From NCBI RefSeq assembly GCF_009914755.1, contig NC_060929.1: a stretch of DNA of 64,000 nucleotides; one strand, 5' to 3'. The notes beneath the pieces are model-generated. The model was not told the DNA's origin. It worked only from the letters and a program-made list of their open reading frames with translations, and did not search any database. The position numbers were made by a program, and so were the translations under genes. Origin of the DNA: the human T2T-CHM13v2.0 reference genome, Homo sapiens. Each line of letters opens with the position of its first letter. The stretch's first letter is position 1. Positions 39,801 through 54,777 of this stretch are shown here, one piece after another.

Positions 39801-41757
39801 CCATGATGCAAACAGCAGACCTTTTAGCAGGCACAGGTTCTGCATCTCTACTCTCTACAAGCCAGAAGCGACTGAGGGCTTATATTCAGGATTCTTAAAA
39901 GAAAAGATTTTCCAACCCAGAATTTCATAGCTGGCCAAACTAAGTTTCACGGGGGAAGGAGGAATAATATATTTTTCAGCCAAACAAATGCTGGTGAATT
40001 TGTTACCATTAGACCTGCCTTATAAGAGGTTTTCAAAGGAATGTTAAGTATGGAATGGAAAGACCACTACCTACCACTACAAAAACATACTTAAGTTCAC
40101 AGACCAGTGACACTATAACGGAGCCACACAAACGAGTCTGCATAATAACCACCCAACAACACAATGACAGAATCAACTCTGCACATATCAATATTAATCT
40201 TGAATGTTTAGTGAGCTAAATGGCTCAATTAAAGGCACAAAGTGGCAAGCTGAGTAAAAACACAAAATCCAATATTATACTGCCTTTAAGAGACCCATCT
40301 CATATGCAGTCACATCCCTAGGCTCAAAATAAAAAGATGGAGAAAATCTACCAAACTAATGGAAAACAGAAAAAGCAGAAGTTGCTATCCTAATTTCAGA
40401 CAAAACAGACTTTAAACCAACAAAGATCAAAAAAGACAAAGAAGGGTACTACAAAATGGTAAAGGTTTCAATTCAATAAGAAGACCTATTATCCAAAATA
40501 TATATCCTCCCATCACAGGAGCACTGAGATTCATAAAGAAAGTTCTTAGAGACCTACAAAGAGACTTAGATTTCCACAGAGTAATAGTGAGAGACTTCAG
40601 CACCCCATTTACAGTATTAGACAGAACATCAATGTAGAAAATTAACAAAGATATTCAGGACCTGAACTCGACACTTGATCAGATGGACTAATAGATATCT
40701 ACAGAACTCTGTATTCAAAAACAACATAATATACATGCTTATTATGACCACAGGGCACATATTCCAAAATCGACTATACAATCAAACATAAAAAATTCCT
40801 AGTAAATTCAAGAAATGTGAAGTCATACCAACCACTCCCCCAGACCACAGCACAATAAAAATAGGAATCAATACTAAGAATTCACTTAAAACCATGTAGT
40901 TACATGGAAATTAAACAACCTGCTCCTGAATTACTTTTGAGTAAATAATGAAATTAAGGCAGAAATCAAGTAACTCTTTGAACCTGATGAGAACAAGAAC
41001 ACAACATACCAGAATCCCTGGGACAAAGCTAAGGCAGTGCTAAGGGGGGAAGTACATAACACTAAATGCCTACATCGAAAATTTAGAAGGATCTCAACTT
41101 AAAGACCTAATATTACAACTAGGGGACCCAGAGAAACAAGAGCAAACCAACCCCAAATCAAGCAGAACACAAAAATAACCAAACTCAGGGATGAATTGAA
41201 GGAAGTTGAGATGCAAAAACAACAACAACAACAACAACGTACAAAAGATCAATGCGTCCAGGAATTAGTTCTTTGAAATACTAAGATAGGTAAAACACTA
41301 GGTAGACTAATAAATAAAAAAAGAGAGGAACAGCCAAATAAACACAACCAGAAATGAGAAAGTGGATGTTACCACTGACTCCACAGAAATATAAAAACTA
41401 CTCAGAGACTACCATAACCACCTCCATGCACACAAACTAGAAATTCTAGAATAAACGAATAAATCCTGGACACATACACCTTCTCAAGACTGAACCGGTA
41501 AGAAATTGAGTCTCTGAACAGAGCAATAATGAGCTTTGAAATTGAATCAGCAAAAAAATAGCCTTCAAACCGAAAAAAGCCCAAGACCAGATGGATTTAC
41601 AGCCAAATTCTACCAGGTGTATCAAGAAGAGCTGGTATCATTACCACGGAAACTATTCCAAAAAACTGAGAAAGAGGGACTCCTCCTTAACTTCAATGTG
41701 AGGCCCACATCATCCTGACTCCAAAACCTGGTGGAGACACAACAAAAAAATAAAACT

Positions 41758-42092
<335 letters not shown>

Positions 42093-43380
42093 TTAAGCCA
42101 ATATCTTTCATGAACATAGATGCAAAAATCTTCAACAAAATAATAGCAAGCCAAATCCAGCAGCACATCAAAAAGCTAATCCACCACAATCAAGTAGGCT
42201 TTATTCCTGGGATGCATGCTTTCGTTCAACATAAACATTCATCACATAAACAGAACTAAAGACAAAGACCACATGACTATCTCAATAGGTGCAGAAAAGG
42301 CTTTTGATAAAATTCAACATACTTTCACGTGAAAAAATCTCAACAAACTACACATCAAAGAAACTTACTTCAAAATAATAAGAACCATATATGAAAAACC
42401 CACAGCTGACATTACACTGAATGGGCAAAGCTGGAAGCATTCCTCTTGAAAACTGGAACAAGAAAAGGATGCCCTCTATCACCATTCCTATTCCACGTGT
42501 AATAGTACTGTTACTTCTGGACAGAGCAACCAGGCAACAGAAAGAAATAAAAGGCACCCAAATAGGAAGAGAGAATGTCAATCTATCCCTGTTTGCAGAC
42601 AATATGATTCTATACCTAGAAAACACCATCATCGCTGCCCAAAAGTTCCTTCATCTAACAAACTACTTCAGCAAAATTTCAGGATAGAAAATTAACATAA
42701 AAAAATCAGTAGCATTCCTATACAACAACATCCAAACTGACAGCCAAATCAAGAATGTAATTCCATCCACAATAGCCACAAAAAATAATTAAATACCTAG
42801 GAATACAGCTAATCTGGGAGGTAAAAGATCTATAATGAGAACTACAAAAACTGCTCAAGGAAATCAGAGGCAACACAAACAAATGGGAAAAACATTCCAT
42901 GCTCATAGATAGGAAGAATCAATATCGTTAAAAAGGCCATATTGTCCAAAGCAATTTACAGATTCATTGATATTCTTATCAAACTACCGATGACATTTTT
43001 CACAAAATTAGAAAAAAAAAACCTTTTAAAAGTCATATGACACAAAAAAAGAGGCTAAATAGTCAAAGCAATTATAAGCAAAAAGAACAAAGCTGGAAGC
43101 TTCATGTTACCTGACTTCAAACTATACTACAAGGCTACAGTAACCAAAACAGCATGGCACTAGTACAAAAACAGACACATAAACCAATAGAACAGAATAT
43201 AGAGTCCAGAAGTAATGCCACACACCTACAACCTTGTGACCTTCAACAAAATTGACAAAAACAGGCAATGAGGACTCCTTATTCAATAAATGGTGCTGGG
43301 ATAACTGGCTAGCCATATGCAGATGATTGAAACTGTACCCCTTCCTTACACTATATATAAAAATCAACTCAAGATGGATT

Positions 43381-43541
43381 GCTCATATTGGATATGGGAA
43401 ATCTGTTAATCATTATTTTGTTATGATTGTTAATAGAACTTTTCTATGTGTGTTATCTACTTGGCTGATGACCTAGACCACAATGTAAATTTGACCAACT
43501 TAATCGATAAACATTTGCAAAGTTTTCAGTTTCTAAAAAAA
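43381..43541 (+). pseudogene. Short retroposed non-L1 fragment with poly(A), probable mRNA 3' end
   Basis: Interrupts L1 ORF2; flanks aagatggatt / aagacgaatt; 9-A run; gataaa ~25 nt upstream of the A run. Confidence 0.65.
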
Positions 43542-44429
43542 AAGACGAATTGAAGACTTAAATGTAAAACCTAAAACTATAAAAATGCTGAAAAATAACA
43601 TAGAAAATATATTATGGGCATAAGACCAGGCAAAGATTTCATGACAAAGACACCAAAAGCAATTGTGACAAAAATAAATATTGACAAATGAGGCCAATTA
43701 AACTAAAGAGCTTATGCACAGCAAAAGAAATTATCAGCAGAGTAAGCAGACAACCCACAGAATAGAAGAAAGTATTTGCAAATGATGTACCCGAACAAGG
43801 TCTAAAACCCAGCATCTATAAGGAACAAACAAATTCACAAGAAAAAAACAACCTAATTAAATACTGGGTAAAAGACATGGACAGATACTTTTCAAAATCA
43901 TACATATACATGGCCAACAAGCATAGGAAAAAATACTCAATATCACTGATCATTAGAGAAATGCAAACCAAAACCCAAATGAGATACCATCTCACACCAA
44001 CCAGGATGGCTATTATTAAAAGGTCAAAAAATAACAGATTCTGGTGAAGTTGCAGAGGACAGGGAACACTTACACACTGTTGGTGAGAATGTAAATAGGT
44101 TCAACCATTGTAGAAATCAGTGTTGGGATTTCTCAAAAAACTTAAAACAGAATTACCAGTCAACCCCGTAATCCCATTATTGCCTATACACCCAAAGGAA
44201 TACAATTATACTATAGTTACAGTATTGTTTCCCATTTCTGTTTTTTTCTTCTAGCTATAACTTTTAAAAAATATTATATTTGTCAACAGTTAAATAATAT
44301 TGGGCTATCTATTAAATGCACATTTTTTTCTTGGAGGCCCACTTCCTGGACCTTTTCATCCTTTCTGTGCTGAGACTCCTTACTTCTTTGACCTGAAGTC
44401 CATCTTTTGTCCTGATGTTTCTCTTTACT

Positions 44430-44950
44430 GCCATCCTGGATCAAAGTCGCTGTTTTATAAATCATGATTTCTTTTCCTTTTGATAAATTCAGTTATATTG
44501 CTGAAAAACATTCTCAAATTGCTTCTAAGGAAGACATATGAGGAACATAGATTATCAGAATCTTAGTATATCTGAAAGTATCTTTGCTGTGTGGTTATTT
44601 GAGTAGGTATGAAATTCGATATTAAAAATTAATTTCACTCAAAACATTGACAGTAAATGTCAAGTAGTATCAGGCACTGTTGAAAAGTCCAGTGTATTTT
44701 AAATCATTGTGGTAGAACAGTTTTTTGTTTCCTCCCTCCCTCCTTACCTTCATCCCTCGTTCTTTCATTCTTCTGTTTTTTTTTTTTTTTTTTTGCTTTC
44801 TAGATGCCTTTAAGTTCTTCTTTATATTTGTACTTCTCTAAAGTTTCACAATGATATCCCTTGGTGTGGTTTGTATTATATTTATTACGGCGGTCTCTTA
44901 CAAAGTACTATTAAATATGTTCAAACTGGTGATTCATGGTATTTATTCTA
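44430..44950 (-). mobile_element. L1ME-type fragment
   Basis: tatatctgaaagtatcttt, gttgaaaagtccagtg, tttcacaatgatatcccttggtgtgg ORF1-region motifs. Confidence 0.55.
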
Positions 44951-45099
44951 ATGGCATTGCGAAATGATTCAGATTCCCAGTTTTAAAGAATACCTGGCTA
45001 GCAGTCTCCAATGTGTTCTCCAGGTGTCTTCCTAAATACCAACTAAGATAGGAGAAGGTTAATTCTTCAAATAAAGCTAAAGCTGACAGGGTACTTAAT

Positions 45100-45600
45100 G
45101 CCAGAGTTGAGGATGAATGGGCAATACTCCATGATTGTGTTAAGTTATATGGCACAGTTGACCTTAAGATATGGAAAGTATACAACTGGGCCTAATATGA
45201 TAATGTGCTCCCTTAAAAGTAGAGAGATTTCATTGGATGTTAACAGAAGAGGAAATCAGAGAGATTTGAAAAGTGAGAAGACTTGTGACATCATTTCTAG
45301 TTTGAAGATGGAGGGTGCTGCACAAGAAGAAATGCAAGTGGCCTTAAAGGAGCAGAAAGTGGTATCTGCAGGCAACGGCAAGGAAATAGGAATCTCTGTC
45401 CTATCACCAAGAGGAAGTGAATTCTGGTAACAACATGAATGAGCTTAGAGGTGGTGTCTTTCCCAGAGCCATCAGATAAGAAAGAGTCCAGCTGATTTTA
45501 TCTCAACATTCTGATTTCAGCCTAGTGAGTCCCCAAGCATACAACACAGGTAATTCTATCTGGGCTTCTAGTTTATAGAACTGTGAGCCAACATACATTT
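45100..45600 (+). mobile_element. MLT1E/F-type MaLR LTR
   Basis: tatggcacagttgaccttaagat, tttgaagatggaggg, caacatgaatgagcttag, gatttcagcctagtgag. Confidence 0.7.
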
Positions 45601-46657
45601 CTACACAGATAAAACCACATTTTCTGTTCCCCCCCGCCCCGCCCCATGACTAGGTTATTTGATATAGTTCTAATTAATATAATTTTCTTAAAATAATTAA
45701 TATAGAACCTTCTGAGAAATTTTCTTGTAAGATGGCTTATATGAATTCTTTGACCCTTTATGCCCCTCCACCATTTCCCCAGGGATTCGTATGTTACAGT
45801 TGACCATATAACTTAGATACCATTTGAGAATGAGAGGCATACCCTTGATATTTATGAGCAGAATCTTGGAATCTGAAACCTGAAAATTTTGTGTAACAGA
45901 CCTGTCTGTCATTTAGACTTGAGGATAGAACCCCCACGTTTTTACAAGAAAGAGAAGAAAATTTTGATTTTGTTTAAGCCAATAATATCTAAAGTCTGTC
46001 TTTCTTTTAGTTTAACCTAGTAGTAACTTTTGGATCTTCTCTGGTTATGCCAGTACAAGATCATCTGCCCTCTTTATTTCCTGTTATTTTACCTCTACCT
46101 AGCATAACATTATTAGTGTTTACAGAGATCTAAATTTGCATTTAATTACCACGATGGTGTGTGCCTATGGCCAAAAAGACATAGCCATAACGAATCCATA
46201 ACAAAAAGAAAAGTTATTCATCATAGGTAAAATGAATATATTTTACCACCATCAAATGAGAACAGTCAAGCCCTCTGCTCACTGCTTCAGTGAGTTGCAT
46301 ATATAAAGATGAATGAGAATAGTACCTCCAATCAAATACTGTATGTCAAAAGACCCACAGGGCAAAGAAATTGTGCTTTAAATAATGAGAAGCTTGTGCA
46401 CATAATGTCCTCACGTACCATTTGTATTGAGATTAGATTTGTATTTGGTATAGGCAAGAGTTTCTGGTCATGCATCTGCAAACTCATTTGCACAGAAAAA
46501 TGTCTGTGGGTTCAAAGGTTTTATTGAGGTGATATCCATGAACTTAGCTTCTATAAGGTATTCAAAGGTGAAATGGAAAAATAACCTATACACCAAATCA
46601 AAACCGTTTCTTTGAGTAGAGAATGTTTCAACTAAAAAAAAAAAAAAAAAAAATTAT

Positions 46658-46969
46658 GGCTGGGCGTGGTGGCTCATGCCTGTAATCCCAGCACTTTGAG
46701 AGGCCAAGGCGAATGGATCGCTTTGAGCTCAGGAATTCCAGACCAGCCTGAGCAACATGGGGAAACCTCACCTCTAAAACAAAATACAAAAATCAGCCAG
46801 ATATGGTGGTGCCCACCTGTGGTTCCAGCTACTTGGAAGGCTGAGGCTGCAGAATCGCTTGAATTCAGGAGATGGAGGTTAAAGTGAACCAAGATGGCTC
46901 CACTGTACTCCAGCCTGTGCGACAGAGTGAGATCATGTCTAAAAAAATAAATAAATAAAATTAAAATAA
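46658..46969 (+). mobile_element. AluJ
   Basis: Dimeric Alu with ttgagctcagga and cctgagcaacatgg (J-type). Confidence 0.9.
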
Positions 46970-47034
46970 TCTGAAAAATTGTATCTTATGTAAACTTATT
47001 TTTTAATGGAATAAAATTTTAAGTGTGGGATTAG

Positions 47035-47066
<32 letters not shown>

Positions 47067-47613
47067 TTGCTCAAGTCTTGAAGATCACTCAGTTTATTGG
47101 ATAATGTTTAAGTTATATTTAATAATGTATCATTTTCTTAAAAATGTGTGGTGTCACATGGCTCAAATACTGTTATTGATTTTGAAACCTATTTAGGCAA
47201 AAGTTTATGACATATTTTTCAAAGAAGCTACTATTCCAAAATCAGCACAGGTAAAATTCAGTATAAGCTTGTTTAAGAAGAGAGAATATAGTTAATTAAT
47301 TTTGTATTTTCAGCTAACTAAAAAGCAGTTTATTCATACAATTCTTCAGTAAATTAACACCTAATTCTTGATGCAGGCATTGCTTAATACATAGTCAGTG
47401 ACATTCAAATTTTGAATTTGAAGTTACATTACATCTTTTCACTTACATGAGAGTTTACTGATTTTGCAAAATAGCAATAATAACCATTATCTTAGTAACT
47501 ATTATTCCAGAAATGCATGGCAGCAGAAGGTACACAGGCTTTTAGAAAATTTGACAAAATGTATAGAAAAAATATGGCTTCAGCCTACCCATGAAAATTT
47601 AGTAAATACATAC

Positions 47614-47647
<34 letters not shown>

Positions 47648-50291
47648 CTGTGTATGTGACATATGGAATTTGTTAGTAAGTGTATATATATGTATATATG
47701 TGATATATGGTATTTGTTAGGCTATGCTTATGCAATGGGTATAGAAAGATAAATAAGATATGATTACTTAAAATGTTACTTATTTTGCAATCTCCATAAA
47801 GAATAGAAACATACCGAGAGTAAAAGGCACGAACCTTCAATTTGGAGCGATTTGAATGAAACATTAATTTCAAGGTTACTGCTGAAAGTTACTACTCCTT
47901 TTGGACACATAAATGCCTGAGGAAAATGCCAGAGCAACAGGGGAGTAAACCCTTGGGACTAACTTCCAATATCTGACAAGACGTGAGAGCTATGATGCTA
48001 TACATATACCTAATGAGCTTCCAGGAAGACCTTTAGACAAATATTGGGCAACAGGAGCTGTTATCATAAAAAATATTAATTCACCTGGGAAGGAGATTAA
48101 TTGTGAGCAAAGCACCTCTCTGCTTTCTATAATGTAAGAAAGGCCAGGATATTGGGGCAAGTTTCTCTTTTCCTTGAGATCATTTTCTTCCTTACAGCTT
48201 CACCCCTTAGAATTCAGGTGACCCCTAGATTCCTACTTCTGTTCTTACCCCTCATGTCCGGGGTTTCTGGATGTATGCCAAGGTAAACTTAGAGCTGGAA
48301 AGACTCATAGTCACCACATACCTAAGCCTATCTTATTAGAGGACACTTTGGATTAAATATTTTTCCTGTAACTACAATTCAGACAGCTAAATCAGTCCCT
48401 GGTATCTAGGAAGATATAAAAGAGGAATCTCATAGAGGCGTCAAAGGCTGTTATGAAAACGTAGCTTTGAAATATTGACAGGGACTTTTGAGCTCATCCC
48501 ACTTAAAACCGCAAGATGAGAAAATAAAAGACCACAGAAATTGTGTGACTCACCTAACTAGAAAATAATGCCACATAGTGAGGCACATAAAATCTACAGG
48601 ATCCTACCTTACACTAACATTTTTACTTGTCTGTTTTTTTTTAATCAACATCTCTCAATAAAATTGTCAGACGCTTAGTATTGGGCTGATCAATTTTAAA
48701 TCTTATTTTACTTTTGCTACACTAGATGAAGATTTCAATTACTTTTACCATCTCCCAGCTATATTTCCCTATATATAGGTTACCTGTGTAAAACAGGTGA
48801 CATCGTTAATGCCTATTGGTTAATAGTTTTCCCATAGCCAGTATCACTTGATTCACCTTTATCCTGCTATCTACCTTCCAAATTTTATTAATTTTATGTT
48901 TACATTTTATTGTCAAAGCTAATATTTTCCCTCTGTATTATTATTCATTTGTAAAGGGTGTTCAGTGCAAAGACCATTAGTATATTTTATATATTGTTCT
49001 CTAAGTTTAGAATGCTATATCTTTTAGTTTTATTCAAAAGATAATATTTTTAATGAAAACGTGACATGAATTTTCCATTTTCCGTTTCCTGGATTTTACC
49101 ATAATGTCTATCACTATGGAGCTGAACAATAGGTGGGAAAACATTTACAGTTTCTGGGGGAGAAAAACAATGTTGTTACTCTGCAAATGTATTATTTGGT
49201 ATAAACTATATTTTTGTTACACTATTTTCACACTTCTAAAATGAGAGGTTCAGTTAAGAGAATTTCCAGTTTGTTTCTAGTTCTAAAATTTTATGACTTT
49301 GAATTAAATTCGATTAAGTCTAATTTTATGTTATTCTAACTAGTTTCTCACTAATTTACCACATGAAGTATTCAATCATCCAGAATTTCAAACATATTCA
49401 GAAAATAAGTTATATGTTGAATCTGTTGATATTTTTAAAACTTTTTTATTGGGGTATAAATTACCTAAAATAAAATGCCTGGACACATTTAAAGTGGATT
49501 ATTGTATTAACTTCTTCATTAATATATCTGCTCCTCAACACTCATTACCCCACCCAGACCATTCAGCACATCATCTAGAAATAAATATCCCTACTATTAA
49601 TTTTATTGTCTTTCTTGCTTAAAAATAGTAATACCCTCTTACTAGCATAAAGTTTTGAAGCCTAAAACTACAAATTTTCTCATCACCCTACCTATCCAAA
49701 CAAATATTTCAGTACTCACAAAGAGAAGCCCTTAACTTTAGCCAACATATAACCATCATTTCTTCCCTTGACCCTGAGCCTTATGTTATTGATGCCTTTT
49801 CCGTATGCCTTTAAGTTGATTTCTACATAAGGAAAATGCCCGCAAATTATTGACTGGGGACTTTCTTTTTTGGGCAAGGGCACATGCTAAGCTCATTCCA
49901 TAGAAACAAGGACAAGGATATTCTGGGAAGTTAGTACACCAAGAAGCAACTTTCAACTAATGATGAATGGATAAATATCTCAGCTTTTATATTCTTACTT
50001 GCAGCATTTCGGTGGTGTATTCTTCAATGTCTTTTATAATATAGCAGCAGGAAGAAGATTTAATTACTCACAGAAGTGTTCTACCCAGTAATACACCTTT
50101 TATTGGCTTAACTGCCTGCTATTTTTGAGATCACCTACCAAAGAAATTACTTGTACTCAAATTCTTTCTCAGAGCCTGCCTTTTGAAGAATTCAATCAAA
50201 GCCATTTTGTATTTGGAAATGGTACAAGGAATTAGTCATTTGTTATGATATTCTGCAACTGTCCATTCACTGAACAGAGGGCAATAATAAT

Positions 50292-50976
50292 TGCTATAGT
50301 CTAAATGTTTATGTTGAAATACTCACCCTGAAGATGATGGTGTTAGAAGGTGGGACCTTTACGAGAAGATTAGGTCACAAAAGCAGAGAGCCCTCCATAA
50401 ATGGGATTAGTGCCAGTTATGGTCTGCATATTTTCCCCCCAAATTCAAATGTTAAAACTTAATTGCCAATCTGATAGCATGAAGATGTGGGACCTTGAGG
50501 AAGCAATGAGCACCCTTGTGAAAGAGGTAGAAGGGAGCCACGTACTCCTTCCACCATGTGAGGACACAGCTAAAGGCTTCATCTTGGGAGCAGAAAGCAT
50601 CACACATCACACAATCTTCTAATGCCATGATCTTAGACAGTCCAGCCTCCAGAATGGTGAGAAAATAAATACGTGTTCTTTATCAATTACCCTGCCTCAG
50701 GCATTTTGTTATAGTAGCAGGGATGAACTAAATCAGTGTCCTTATAAAAGAGGCCCAAGAGAGATCCCTCATCTCTTTCACCATGTGAATGTAAAGCTAT
50801 AAAAAAATAAAGATTAAAGGCTTTCTGTGAAGAAATGGACCCTCACTGGGTACTACATTTATTGCCACCTCGATCTTGGACATTCCAGCCCCAGAACTGG
50901 GATAAATAAATTTCTGTTGTTTATTAGCCACCCGGTCTGTGTCATTTTGTTATAGCAACCTGGATGAACTAAGGCA
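50292..50976 (+). mobile_element. MLT1A0-type LTR interrupted by an MSTD-type LTR
   Basis: tgctatagtctaaatgttt start; atgggattagtgc|cttataaaagaggccc split by the insert; gaactaaggca end. Confidence 0.8.
50415..50735 (+). mobile_element. MSTD-type LTR (nested)
   Basis: Flanked by gtgcc / gtgtc; ccaccatgtgaggacacagc; caggcattttgttatag. Confidence 0.75.
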
Positions 50977-52035
50977 TTACCCACCGCTATTAATAAGTAG
51001 AAGGATGATAATCCTTTTCGTATTATAACATCACAACTACTAAGAGTCTCATTTGTAGTAAAAATGACTGGGGTCTAGAAAGAATGAAATTCTGTGATTT
51101 ATATGGTATTTTTAGCAGTTGAAAAATGTAACAGCATTGGTTAGAATGAGTTTATGAAGTGAGTTGGCTACAAGTCTCTGCCATGGAAGTCTTAATGGAA
51201 GAAAATAACAGTATCGGGTCGGCGAATTATCAATTCAGGTAATGGTATAAAAGTCAGAAAGACACCAGGACAGCATTTAAATAAATTTTTATTTCTTACA
51301 TGAAGAATGTGGACTAAGATGAAAAAACAGGCTCATGATCTCTTTGTAGGAGTGGTGAAGCTATGACGAATCTGGAAGCGTAGCCTTGGTAAATCTCTTA
51401 TTATAAAGTCAGTGTCCTGATAAGAAAGGAGTGGAATTTAAGATCTAGGATGATAATATTTTAGTAAATATGTTTGAGATAATTGAATCTTTTAATATCC
51501 ATTCTAAAAGAAATGTTCCCCCATTTTTCCTTTACTAGAGAAATTCACCTCCCTTTGCCTGGAAACGATGCAAACACTTCACTTGAGGCAAGGACTATAC
51601 AGATGATTCTTGGTGTTCTTAACATATGCTACCACTTTCACTCATTATTTCTAGGACAATAATTAGATTTGAGATTCAGCAAGGTCCGAAAGGAAGAATA
51701 TTATCTCTACTTGGGAAAATAAAATTTATTCAATAAAAAAATCAACACATACCTATTACATACTGGGACATTCCCAGAAGACATGCAGAAATATACTTGA
51801 GAATGAACCTGGGAGGGGGAAAAGAATATAAGCAGTATGCATGATAATTTCTTAATTCAGGGGAGTATTCCATAATTTAGTATTCAATACCCTAACAAGA
51901 ATACCTGGAGCTATCTTGAATATTCTATTAGGATGCCTCCTTAGAGCTTGGAAGCAGCAATGGTTTTTTGTAAAGGAGGTAGATGCGTTGGAATTGCTTT
52001 GGCAAAAGCAGTGTTCAAAAGATCCTGAGAGGTAG

Positions 52036-52455
52036 TGTCTTAATCCATTTTCTTTTGCATATAACATAACACTTAAAAATGGGTAATTTGCAAAGGGAAA
52101 AAATATTTCTTAAAGTTATGGAGGCTGAGAGATTCAAAGTCAAGAAGTTTCATCATGTGAAGGTTTTCTTGCTGACAGGGACAGCCTGTAGAGTTCTGAG
52201 GCAGGGCAGAGCATTAAATGGCAAGGGTGCTAAGCATGCTATCATCTCAGATGTCTGTTTCTCTTCTCCTAAATCCATCACTCTCACTTGGTGACAACCA
52301 TTAATCCATTAAACCATTGATTATTTAATGGATTAATCTTTCCATGAGGGCAAAGCCCTCAATCACCTCTGAAAGTCCCCACCTCTCAATAGTGCCACGT
52401 TGGGGATTGAGCTTAAACATGAGTTTTGGAGGGGGCAAACATTCAAACTATAGCA
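52036..52455 (-). mobile_element. MSTB/MSTC-type MaLR LTR
   Basis: tgtcttaatccatttt ... acatgagttttggagggggcaaacattcaaactatagca. Confidence 0.82.
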
Positions 52456-54439
52456 CGGGGTCATATAATATTGGATTTACTATGGTTACTATAGTATTGG
52501 GATTTACTATGCAAGACTAAAGGACTTATCAGCTGACTGTATTCCCTAGAAAGGTCTGAAGCAATGAAGGTTCTACTAGGGTTAAGGAAAAGCTCTATGA
52601 TGGCTTTCTTCTAGAGATAGAATTGATGGTAGGATATGTGATATGGAACTTCACTTCCTAGTGATAAAGGAGCAGAATTCCAGAAAAACTGAAGTTGGTG
52701 GTGGAGCTAACTGCCAGAAACAAAATGGACATGATTGCCGTGAGCGACAGAAAGTTCAGAAAGCTAACAAGGGGCCCTCACATTTTGTGGATGGCTAATA
52801 GATCATAGAGTCCTTAGAAGCAAAATGGATGGGCAACGAATATGGTTATTACTTGCTATAGATAACAACAACAACAACAACAACAAAATCAACAGCAAAC
52901 AGCTAAAGGAAGATTTCAGCCATTATAATGGAAAACCACTGCAATGCAGATATGAGTTTTCAAACTTGAACCAGCTCTCAGGCCTATAGTCCAGAAACTG
53001 GAAAAGAAGGAAATGAGACTAATCCCCTTCCAAATAGTCCTTTCAACATGTCAGCAAAAGAATATACAACATCTATTCTTTAAATTATTTTCCAAAAGGT
53101 TCTATAGCCATTTATCAAAGTAACTGTACATTGCAGGAAATTTAAAAAAAAAGTCATTGTGCATGTAGAGTCAAAAGATAATAATACCTAAAAATTCAAA
53201 ATGCTATCATAGATTCCTTGTTAGAATAAGATATATGAGGTTCAGATGATAAACAAAAACCTGATTGAATTGTATCTCACAGCAGTTTCATTGTGTCCAT
53301 GGAAACATATCATTATTGTTTTCATAGTTACCTAATGTTTAATTGAAAAGAATATACTTAGCAACAGAGAAACCCATCATATTATTTCCTTAACCTGAGA
53401 AAAAATATTCATTATGGTAAAAAAGGTAATGCAGAAGCCCCTGATATTTTTCTCAAACTGAAATTTAGCCGAAAAAGTATATCAAAAGCAAGACAATATT
53501 CTGGAGAGAAAGACAGGGATTAGTGCACTCCTTAATGACAAAGTATGCAAGTGCCAATATAGATATTGCAAAAACCAGGTGGATCGTTGTGAAGAACAAT
53601 GGATTGTTGTAAAGTTCACCAAATGTTAGTTCTAATAACAGCTGCTTTACCAGATGTGGTATATTTACTGTAATAACTTAACACAGCATCTAGACATTAG
53701 TATGCAGGTATTGAGATAAAATATGTTCTTTATAATATGGATAAAGGAGAATCAAAAGCAATTCACACTCAACAGACCATGGTACACATTTGCAGTCTTC
53801 TCTGTAGGCTACAATAATCTCCTGTCAGTATTGTCCAAAGGAGCCTTGAACATGTAGATATTCCGAAGATCATCAAACTAGTCAGTTCTATTAACAATAA
53901 GATGTTACTTAGAATTGATGGGCAATAAACGGTAAATGTTTTGGACTCCCTGATAAAATACATGCATGTCAGAAGTGGGAGATTAAAACTTGTAAGGATT
54001 CAGAGACCTGCATTATTGATGAAGTTTTCACATATCCAATATCTGGAGACATATAGAAATATCACATGCAAGATAAAACATAAGTCATGACATCCTACAC
54101 CGTCTCCACTTAAAATAGTGGCATAATGCCTGGAAAACCTCTACAGATTTTGGAGCTGCACTTCATTCACTTGGGAATACTTCTCAATCCATTTGCCAAG
54201 TGTCTTGGAAGTCTAAAAAGAGCAACATCCTAGAGAAAGTTTAGTTTGTAGTATAAATTGTCTTGTTATTTGAACTATGTACAACATAAGATTCCATGGT
54301 TCTGAAGTCATCTGTGGGGATAAAGATGCTATGCTGCGTCTCCAGCAATTTATAATAGGACAATCCAGCTCAAGGCACTAGGAAGCTCAAGAGATATTGA
54401 AAAGTCTGACTCTGGTACATCAAGTTTCTCTGTGACCAG

Positions 54440-54777
54440 GGCTGAGCATCTTTCCAAAGTTCATGCTTGACTCTAAGAAAATTAAGAGATGGGACTTTTT
54501 GGGAAGTGATTAAGTCATGAAGGCAGAGCCTTCACAAATAGGATTAGTGCCCTTATGAAAGAGATAGAAGGGAACTGCCTTGTCTTTCCACCATGTAAAT
54601 GGGTAGCAAAAAGGCACCATTTATAGAGCAAAGAACAGGTCCTTAGCAGAAACTGAATCTACTGGTGTCTTGATCTTGGACTTCCCAGCCTCCAGAGCTC
54701 TGATAAATATATTTCTATTGTTCATAAATTACCCAGTCTAAGGCATTTTGTTGTAGCTACCCACACAGACTAAGACA
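54440..54777 (+). mobile_element. MSTD-type MaLR LTR
   Basis: gggaagtgattaagtcatga, cttggacttcccagcctccag, gactaagaca end. Confidence 0.8.
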
